DNA of 4,063 nucleotides, taken from the IMG/VR virus record IMGVR_UViG_2711768068_000007; one strand, written 5' to 3'. The notes beneath the pieces are model-generated. The model made no database searches. It saw only the letters and a program-made list of their open reading frames with translations, and was not told the DNA's origin. Below are positions 1 to 4,063 of the stretch, piece by piece; positions within the stretch are counted from its first letter, which is position 1; every line of letters starts with the position of its first letter. This DNA comes from a virus (lineage: Duplodnaviria; Heunggongvirae; Uroviricota; Caudoviricetes). The position numbers and the translations under genes are program-made.

Positions 1-140
1 TCCCGGGCAACCTGTGACGAAGACTGATTAATCGCCGTTGTGGCCACGCGGTTAATGGCCATTGCTGAAGCCGCCGGAATGGCGTTTTTACGAACCCGGC
101 TCAGATTTTCAATCGTCTGATCAAGCCCTTTTATCGCCAT
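1..140 (-). CDS. Z: Minor tail protein Z (lambda gpZ-like), N-terminal ~46 codons only; the 3' end runs off the window start
   Basis: ATG at 140..138 (minus strand). My own translation of 140..1 gives MAIKGLDQTIENLSRVRKNAIPAASAMAINRVATTAINQSSSQVAR, closely matching the remembered lambda gpZ N-terminus (MAIKGLEQAVENLSR...AMAINRVA...QVAR). Lies directly downstream of FII as in lambda. Not in the ORF track because it is truncated by the window edge. Confidence 0.8.
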   Translation of the reverse strand, partial: MAIKGLDQTIENLSRVRKNAIPAASAMAINRVATTAINQSSSQVAR

Positions 141-154
141 AATTCACCCTGCGT

Positions 155-508
155 TTATCGTCGCCGGTTAACTGCGGGTGGTTGCCCACGGTTGAGCCAG
201 AGATAACAACTCCCTCCGTCATCCGGAGAAACACGGTCCACCCAGAACATCTCGCCGTTAATGGTCAGCGTGTCACCACGCCGCACGGCACGCACCGTAT
301 CCGTCCGCACAAATAATGACGGACAGCTTCCTTCAATACGGACCCCGCTACCGGCAAACCCCAGCGACTCCGGATCGTCAAAAACCCCCTGAACTTCGCT
401 GCCACACTGTGCCCCCGAGGTGAACTGCGCACAGAGCCCCATCACTTCAACAATCGTGCTGTCCACCCCGGCAAGGGCAGCATCAAAGGCATTCTGAAAA
501 TCACACAT
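155..508 (-). CDS. FII: Head-tail joining / head completion protein FII (lambda gpFII-like), 117 aa
   Basis: ORF track 155..508 (-). The translation shares long identical stretches with remembered lambda gpFII (GVFDDPE, SPSLFVRTD, RRGDTLTI, FWVDRVSPDDGGSC, LWL.RG.PPAVNRRR) and has the same length. ATG at 508..506; TAA stop at 157..155. Confidence 0.9.
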   Translation of the reverse strand: MCDFQNAFDAALAGVDSTIVEVMGLCAQFTSGAQCGSEVQGVFDDPESLGFAGSGVRIEGSCPSLFVRTDTVRAVRRGDTLTINGEMFWVDRVSPDDGGSCYLWLNRGQPPAVNRRR

Positions 509-884
509 GCTCAGCCGTTCCGTGCTGTATCATGGCTGTCGCCAGTGGTGATGGCACCAGAACACGCATGCCCCGGTACGTCAGTTCAACGGGACGGCCT
601 GTCTCCGGGCAATACCCCATCACATGCAGGCATTTCCGCACACGGACCGCTTTAACATCATCCGTAGCATCAGTGTTGTGCAACTGCTCACCATCGTCTG
701 TGTGATTTTGCTCAGGCCCGCTCTCATCACCAGGCATAATGCCCTCCCGGGAAGCAGCAAGCTCCTCTTCCCACTCAGACACACGTTGCGCAATATCCGC
801 AGCACTCCCCGACATATCCGCCTCGCGCCCCAGCAGGCCAGCCAGTTGACGAAGACGTTTCTGATTTTCTTCTTTTGTTGCCAT
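501..884 (-). CDS. FI: DNA-packaging / head assembly protein FI-like, 127 aa
   Basis: ORF track 501..884 (-). It sits between E and FII exactly as lambda FI does and is of similar size (~130 aa); sequence similarity to my remembered lambda gpFI is only weak, so the call is mainly positional. ATG at 884..882 is preceded by a G-rich SD (AGGGGG) with 5-nt spacing. Its stop (TGA 503..501) overlaps the FII start (ATG 508..506). Confidence 0.7.
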   Translation of the reverse strand: MATKEENQKRLRQLAGLLGREADMSGSAADIAQRVSEWEEELAASREGIMPGDESGPEQNHTDDGEQLHNTDATDDVKAVRVRKCLHVMGYCPETGRPVELTYRGMRVLVPSPLATAMIQHGTAEHV

Positions 885-910
885 ATCAGCCCCCTGTGAA
901 AAAAGACACG

Positions 911-930
911 GGGAGGGGCATTTCGCCCCC
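911..930 (-). promoter_or_regulatory. GC-rich hairpin in the E-FI intergenic region, followed on the mRNA by a U6 tract; possible weak attenuator, RNA-stability element, or SD-sequestering structure for FI
   Basis: On the minus-strand transcript: GGGGC-GAAAU-GCCCC (plus-strand 915..929), then UCCCCGUGUC, then UUUUUU (plus-strand aaaaaa 901..906), then the FI SD AGGGGG and ATG at 884. The C-rich segment could alternatively pair with the FI SD. Confidence 0.25.
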
Positions 931-939
931 GCTCACGGA

Positions 940-1968
940 TTATTTCACCTGCACCACCACAAACTCATCCGGATCCGGCAGCACCATCAGCGGTGCGGAC
1001 TGCGTCATGGTAAATTCACGGGCCGGATCGCCCACGGTCAGCCAGTGTTTCGGGTAACGGGAAGAAGCCACCACACCTTCGGACAACGCCTGCGCATCCT
1101 GAATGGCACCGTAACAACGGATCCCATCTGCAGCCGTATTTCCCAGGACCAGCGTGCCCTCCGGCAGATAACGTTTTTCGGTACCGTCCTCTGCCACATA
1201 AGACGTTTTCGCCACCACAATGGCCAGATCGCCGTAATACCCTTTGAAAGACACCACCGCCCCCAGGTCTTTCACTGCCGTTTCGAGTTGTGAATTTGAG
1301 CCGCGACGGGTATCCAGTTTTTCGCGGAACAGCTTAAAACCATTCAGCAGACGCCAGACAGTACCGTCCATAATGGCAATATTCACAAGACCGCTGGCCT
1401 GATCGCAGTAGAGGTCAATATCATGCGTCGGATCAAACGTATCACGGTCCTGCTCAGACCATTTTTTACCGTCGGCCTGCTCAATGTTATTTCCTTCAGA
1501 GCGTCCAAAATCCACCTCGACAGTATCAAACTGATCCCCTTCCATGGTGTATTTGCCATACAGCACGGCATTCACCGCCTGCATTTCTTCCACCTGGACA
1601 ATGGCATGCTCTTCCTGTTTGAGGTTATCGGTGATGATACGCAGACGACGGTAGGCCGGGTCGTTCAGTTGAGCCGGATCTTCACCGGGAAGACGCTCAA
1701 CCGCCTGCTGGTAATTAAATTCGTGTTTCGGCTTGACGTAGCCCGGACGTAACACGCGGGTTTCACCACCGCGATGACGCAGCACTTTTCCTTCAACAAC
1801 CGGGGAGACATAGGCCGCCACCGGCGTTTTTCCGGTAATTTTGTCCAGCATCACCTCTTCGGTATGGAAATTCACCGTACGGCGGAAAAACAGCTCCAGA
1901 AACAGCGCACGAAATTTCACTTTTTGTTCGGTATAACCGAGTAACTGGCGGGTCGTAAACAATCCCAT
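940..1968 (-). CDS. E: Major capsid protein E (lambda gpE-like), 342 aa
   Basis: ORF track 940..1968 (-). Extensive identity with remembered lambda gpE across the whole length (e.g. PGYVKPKHE, AYRR.RII, QVEEMQAV.AVL.GKYTM, KLDTRRGSNS.LETAVKDLG, GDPAREFTM.QSAPLM.L.DPDEF) and almost identical length (lambda 341 aa). ATG at 1968..1966 with SD AAGGA about 8 nt upstream; TAA stop at 942..940. Confidence 0.95.
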   Translation of the reverse strand: MGLFTTRQLLGYTEQKVKFRALFLELFFRRTVNFHTEEVMLDKITGKTPVAAYVSPVVEGKVLRHRGGETRVLRPGYVKPKHEFNYQQAVERLPGEDPAQLNDPAYRRLRIITDNLKQEEHAIVQVEEMQAVNAVLYGKYTMEGDQFDTVEVDFGRSEGNNIEQADGKKWSEQDRDTFDPTHDIDLYCDQASGLVNIAIMDGTVWRLLNGFKLFREKLDTRRGSNSQLETAVKDLGAVVSFKGYYGDLAIVVAKTSYVAEDGTEKRYLPEGTLVLGNTAADGIRCYGAIQDAQALSEGVVASSRYPKHWLTVGDPAREFTMTQSAPLMVLPDPDEFVVVQVK

Positions 1969-1996
1969 AAATCAGTTCCTTTCATTCAGAAATCAG

Positions 1997-2018
1997 TCAG
2001 GCCACCGCGGTGGCCTGA
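1997..2018. promoter_or_regulatory. Perfect 22-nt palindrome (tcaggccaccgcggtggcctga) in the D-E intergenic region; potential RNA hairpin (9-bp stem, 4-nt loop) or dimeric protein-binding site
   Basis: The sequence is identical to its reverse complement across 1997..2018. It lies between the D stop (2026) and the E start (1968), about 28 nt upstream of the E ATG on the transcript. No U-tract follows it, so it is not a canonical intrinsic terminator. Confidence 0.4.
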
Positions 2019-2025
2019 TAACGTG

Positions 2026-2373
2026 TTACGGCAGCGCCGCGTGACTCAGGGCACTGCCGGCAAAGGCATTTGCCTTTTTGTGTTCATCCACACTGTCAGG
2101 CCAGCGGATTGCCTCCGTCGCAAAGGTCCCCGACTTGTAATAGGTCAGTACCGTCTCTGTGCCTTCAAGCGGCAGTACCAGTATGCCAACTGCACTACCG
2201 GCTTTCTGTCCGTCCCAGACCACCAGTTTCCCGCTGGCTTCATCCAGCATCAGGGGCGTCAGTGCCGGTGTTGCCGAGGAAATCCCGCTGCTGCCTGTGG
2301 CGGTATGAGCCGGATCATTACCGGCAAAAATACGTACTTCCGCACGCTGTTCAGTGATGTTTTTCGTTACCAT
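2026..2373 (-). CDS. D: Head decoration protein D (lambda gpD-like), 115 aa
   Basis: ORF track 2026..2373 (-). Strong match to remembered lambda gpD (DPAHTAT, TPLMLD, KLV.WDG, AVGIL, YKSGTF, AFAG). ATG at 2373..2371 preceded by SD AGGAGG (plus-strand cctcct 2383..2388) at 9-nt spacing; TAA stop at 2028..2026. Confidence 0.93.
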   Translation of the reverse strand: MVTKNITEQRAEVRIFAGNDPAHTATGSSGISSATPALTPLMLDEASGKLVVWDGQKAGSAVGILVLPLEGTETVLTYYKSGTFATEAIRWPDSVDEHKKANAFAGSALSHAALP

Positions 2374-2409
2374 ATTGTAAAAACCTCCTGTTGATGGTCA
2401 GCACTGACT

Positions 2410-3012
2410 TCATGGCATGGCCATGAGCATTTTCACGTCCGCATCACCGTCTGCTGACGTCTGTGGCACGCCACCCTGTACCGCAGCCGGTGAATGGTTC
2501 GCCATGATGCGTTCAAACAGGGCGGTTGTGGATGCAGAGACCGGTTCTGCCTTACCTGATCCCGCAGCCAGCACAGCCCGGGCGCTCTCCACAGTCATTC
2601 CCGGGCAGGCAGCCAGCTGTTCAGCCTGCGCCTCAGCCCCTTTTGCCTCATCCAGTGCCATGATCTGATCACGGAGTGAGGGTCCGGCATCCGCCTGCGG
2701 TGAAGCAGCCAGGATCGGGCGGGCTTTTTCCACCGTCATCTCCGGCATCGCCGCCAGCGTTGCCGCCAGTTGTTCACGACCGTTCGCTTCTTCACACGCC
2801 ATAATGCGATCGGCTTCACTCTGCGTGGATGCCACCGGCTGCTGCGGTGCCGCCGCGGCCAGAATCGCCCGGGCCTGTTCAACGCTCATGCCCTGTTGTC
2901 CTGCCAGCATCGTGGCAAGCTGTTCACGTCCTTTCGCTTCCTGGCATGTCAGGATCCCCATCACTCGCTGGTTCTCCTGCGCGGCGGCTTCCGTTGCAGT
3001 TAATTGCGGCAT
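2410..3012 (-). CDS. Nu3: Nu3-like scaffolding protein, nested in-frame within the 3' part of gene C (200 aa from an internal ATG)
   Basis: Internal ATG at 3012..3010 is in the same frame as the C ORF and is preceded by a strong SD (minus-strand GAGGAGG, plus-strand cctcctc 3017..3023) 4-5 nt upstream. The product begins MPQLTATE..., aligning with where lambda Nu3 starts (MTKETQSTT...) inside gpC. In lambda, Nu3 is encoded in-frame within the 3' third of C (established knowledge). Confidence 0.7.
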   Translation of the reverse strand: MPQLTATEAAAQENQRVMGILTCQEAKGREQLATMLAGQQGMSVEQARAILAAAAPQQPVASTQSEADRIMACEEANGREQLAATLAAMPEMTVEKARPILAASPQADAGPSLRDQIMALDEAKGAEAQAEQLAACPGMTVESARAVLAAGSGKAEPVSASTTALFERIMANHSPAAVQGGVPQTSADGDADVKMLMAMP

Positions 3013-3585
3013 AGTGCCTCCTCTGACATTACTGTTCAGCGCCGTGGCCATCACACTGATGGCATCCGACGCATTGACTAATTCATCCGCCAGCCCGGCA
3101 TCAATGCCGGACTGACCTTCAAAAACGGCGGCCTCTGTTCCCGTGACGGCATCAACAGACAGACCGGTAAACATCGCCACTTTTTCGGCAAACATCCGGC
3201 GCGCCGCATCAATGCGCTGCTGCATGTCCTGGCGAACCTCTGCCGGTAAGGCTTCAAACTGATTGCCATCCACCTTGTGCGTCCCTGAGTAAATCAGCGT
3301 GATATCCACACCGGCCTGCGCCAGATGACCGGCATAGCTGACATGGCTCATCATCACGCCAATGGAGCCGATACGGGATGTCTGGGTAACCAGCCGTCGG
3401 GAGCAGGCCGACGCCAGCAGCATGGCTGCAGAACAGGCCGTGTCATTGCACAGTGCCCAGACCGGCTTCTGCTGACGGAGGCGGTAAATCATGTCAGCGC
3501 AGTCAAACGCGCCGGCGGCCTGCCCGCCCGGACTGTCAATGTCCAGCAGTACGCCCCGCACCTGGCTATCCGCCATTGCCTGCAC
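2410..3585 (-). CDS. C: Head maturation protease C (lambda gpC-like, S49/ClpP-fold serine peptidase), C-terminal portion: protease core plus scaffold domain. Appears to be the downstream piece of a frame-disrupted C gene
   Basis: ORF track 2410..3585 (-), 391 aa, opening at a GTG with no SD. Matches remembered lambda gpC from about ...QQAASDPMVDGILLDMDTPGG onward (here QAMADSQVRGVLLDIDSPGG, AGAFDCAD, KPVWAL.ND..CSA..LLASA.SRRLVTQT.R.GSIGVMM, ITLIYSG.HKVDGN, GLSV, TEAAV, IDAGLADELVN). This frame is open only back to a TGA at 3612..3610, so it cannot be joined to the N-terminal piece without a frame change. Confidence 0.8.
   Translation of the reverse strand: MQAMADSQVRGVLLDIDSPGGQAAGAFDCADMIYRLRQQKPVWALCNDTACSAAMLLASACSRRLVTQTSRIGSIGVMMSHVSYAGHLAQAGVDITLIYSGTHKVDGNQFEALPAEVRQDMQQRIDAARRMFAEKVAMFTGLSVDAVTGTEAAVFEGQSGIDAGLADELVNASDAISVMATALNSNVRGGTMPQLTATEAAAQENQRVMGILTCQEAKGREQLATMLAGQQGMSVEQARAILAAAAPQQPVASTQSEADRIMACEEANGREQLAATLAAMPEMTVEKARPILAASPQADAGPSLRDQIMALDEAKGAEAQAEQLAACPGMTVESARAVLAAGSGKAEPVSASTTALFERIMANHSPAAVQGGVPQTSADGDADVKMLMAMP
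2512..2967 (-). repeat. Three diverged tandem in-frame repeats (~141-159 nt each, 47-52 codons) within the Nu3/scaffold coding region, plus the start of a fourth copy
   Basis: Protein-level repeats seen in the translation: R.MGILTCQEAKGREQLATMLAGQQGMSVEQARAILAAA / RIMACEEANGREQLAATLAAMPEMTVEKARPILAAS / QIMALDEAKGAEAQAEQLAACPGMTVESARAVLAAG, followed by RIMAN. DNA-level similarity is visible on the plus strand (caagctgttcacgtcctttcgcttc near 2917..2941; ccagttgttcacgaccgttcgcttc near 2767..2791; ccagctgttcagcctgcgcctc near 2604..2625). Unit boundaries are approximate. Confidence 0.7.
3017..3023 (-). promoter_or_regulatory. Strong Shine-Dalgarno sequence (GAGGAGG) for the internal Nu3 start codon
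   Basis: Plus-strand cctcctc at 3017..3023 is GAGGAGG on the minus strand, 4-5 nt upstream of the in-frame ATG at 3012..3010 inside the C reading frame. Confidence 0.6.
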
Positions 3586-3859
3586 CCAGCCGGTGCACCA
3601 GCGTGCCGGTCACCGGCAGTACAGCAATACCGTTCACCACCCTGTAAACACGGGCCGGTCGTTTACCTCCGGCCATGTACTCGTCCGTTTCAGCCAGCAT
3701 TCCGGGAGCATCAAACTGTACCTGCTGTTGTGGTACCGAAAGACTTGCTGCCCCCATCTCGCGCCCGAGCGCGCAAAAGAAAACCCGCGCATAGGCGGGC
3801 TCCAGAAGCAGCGGTTCATTGAATGCTGCGGCAATAATGTGTGAAAGATTACGTCTCAC
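3566..3859 (-). CDS. C: Head maturation protease C, N-terminal fragment (97 aa), terminated prematurely by a frame break
   Basis: ORF track 3566..3859 (-). The translation (RNLSHIIAAAFNEPLLLEPAYARVFFCAL...NGIAVLPVTGTLVHR) matches the remembered lambda gpC N-terminus (LRNLPHIASMAFNEPLMLEPAYARVFFCAL...NGIAVLPVSGTLVSR). GTG start at 3859..3857 with SD AGGAG (plus-strand ctcct 3870..3874) about 10 nt upstream; it overlaps the end of B. Ends at TAG 3568..3566 after the non-homologous tail LGAGNGG. Confidence 0.75.
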   Translation of the reverse strand: MRRNLSHIIAAAFNEPLLLEPAYARVFFCALGREMGAASLSVPQQQVQFDAPGMLAETDEYMAGGKRPARVYRVVNGIAVLPVTGTLVHRLGAGNGG

Positions 3860-4063
3860 GTGGTGTTGTCTCCTCTTCCGGCCTGCGACTCTCCGCTATC
3901 TGCTGCTGATACGCCTGCGCTATCCACACCGGACGTGAGAGTCCGGCTTTTTCCCGCTCTGCAGATTCCCTGACCTGCTGGCGGAAAATGTCCTGATAAT
4001 CCTCGCCCATCAGCGCCAGCTCTTTCTCATACGTGCTCAGTCCGGCCTCAATGCGCATCACCG
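3849..4063 (-). CDS. B: Portal protein B (lambda gpB-like), C-terminal ~70 codons; the 5' end runs off the window end
   Basis: ORF track 3849..4061 (-), with the frame open to the window edge. Located immediately upstream of C, with its stop (TAA 3851..3849) overlapping the C start, as in lambda where B and C overlap. The acidic C-terminal tail is consistent with my recollection of the gpB C-terminus, but the call is mainly positional. Confidence 0.75.
   Translation of the reverse strand, partial: VMRIEAGLSTYEKELALMGEDYQDIFRQQVRESAEREKAGLSRPVWIAQAYQQQIAESRRPEEETTPRET

Larger units (their letters stand above)
2410..3859 (-). pseudogene. C: Gene C as a whole: frame-disrupted (apparent ~56-nt deletion or assembly error near 3583..3590) head protease/scaffold gene
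   Basis: The two C-homologous ORFs lie in different frames and overlap at 3566..3585. Homology to gpC runs in one frame down to codon R at 3592..3590 and resumes in the +1 frame at codon Q at 3582..3580, skipping about 20 residues that are present in lambda gpC as I remember it. Confidence 0.5.

Noticed and set aside
624-1752. Plus-strand ORFs 624..899, 875..1057, 1045..1293 and 1423..1752
   Set aside because: Antisense to the FI and E homologs; no independent support.
2005-2010. SacII restriction site (CCGCGG) at the centre of the D-E palindrome
   Set aside because: A trivial consequence of the palindromic sequence; no biological meaning inferred.
2023-2394. Plus-strand ORFs 2023..2394 (123 aa) and 2070..2357 (95 aa)
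   Set aside because: They lie entirely antisense to the well-supported gpD homolog and have no recognisable similarity or RBS; typical spurious antisense ORFs in GC-rich coding DNA.
3566-3585. Possibility that the C frame break is a programmed ribosomal frameshift
   Set aside because: There is no slippery heptamer or obvious stimulatory structure at the overlap. The lambda programmed frameshift I know of is in the tail genes G/T, not in C, and the apparent loss of about 20 conserved codons argues for a deletion or assembly error instead.
3574-3585. GTG (3585..3583) or ATG (3576..3574) as a genuine independent start for the protease core
   Set aside because: No Shine-Dalgarno-like sequence precedes either codon, and homology to gpC continues upstream in another frame, so these are more likely internal codons of a disrupted gene than a true start.
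620-3834. Short minus-strand alternative-frame ORFs (620..805, 1038..1220, 1383..1571, 3078..3269, 3634..3834)
   Set aside because: Each is embedded out of frame within a conserved structural gene (FI, E or C) on the same strand. There is no SD or conservation argument for overprinted genes.
2417-3844. Plus-strand ORFs across the C region (2417..2668, 2770..3003, 2804..3115, 2829..3014, 3325..3822, 3453..3647, 3491..3844)
   Set aside because: All are antisense to the gpC/Nu3 homolog. Their Ala/Pro/Arg-rich composition is what is expected from reading GC-rich coding sequence in the wrong frame and strand.
1-4063. Search for tRNA, rRNA, CRISPR arrays, insertion sequences or attachment sites
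   Set aside because: No cloverleaf-like conserved tRNA features, no regularly spaced direct repeats with spacers, and no terminal inverted repeats flanking a transposase-like ORF were seen. The whole window is accounted for by phage head genes.

Overview
This window is a contiguous block of lambda-like (lambdoid siphophage/prophage) head-morphogenesis genes, all encoded on the minus strand in the canonical lambda order B-C/Nu3-D-E-FI-FII-Z. Read on the minus strand from high to low coordinates: the 3' end of portal gene B, head protease/scaffold gene C with a nested in-frame Nu3-like scaffold gene, decoration protein D, major capsid protein E, FI, FII and the 5' end of tail gene Z. Assignments rest on my reading of the supplied ORF translations against remembered phage lambda protein sequences plus strict synteny; no database search was possible. 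I do not see a novel system here: it is a well-known structural module, probably from a prophage in an enterobacterial genome (GC-rich, as in the lambda left arm). The points worth a second look are (1) the C gene is split into two overlapping reading frames, with about 20 conserved codons apparently missing at the break, which suggests a defective prophage or an assembly error; (2) the Nu3/scaffold part of C carries three diverged tandem copies of a ~47-52 codon unit; (3) a perfect 22-nt palindrome between D and E; (4) a GC-rich hairpin and U-tract between E and FI that could also sequester the FI ribosome-binding site. All long plus-strand ORFs are antisense to these conserved genes and are rejected.
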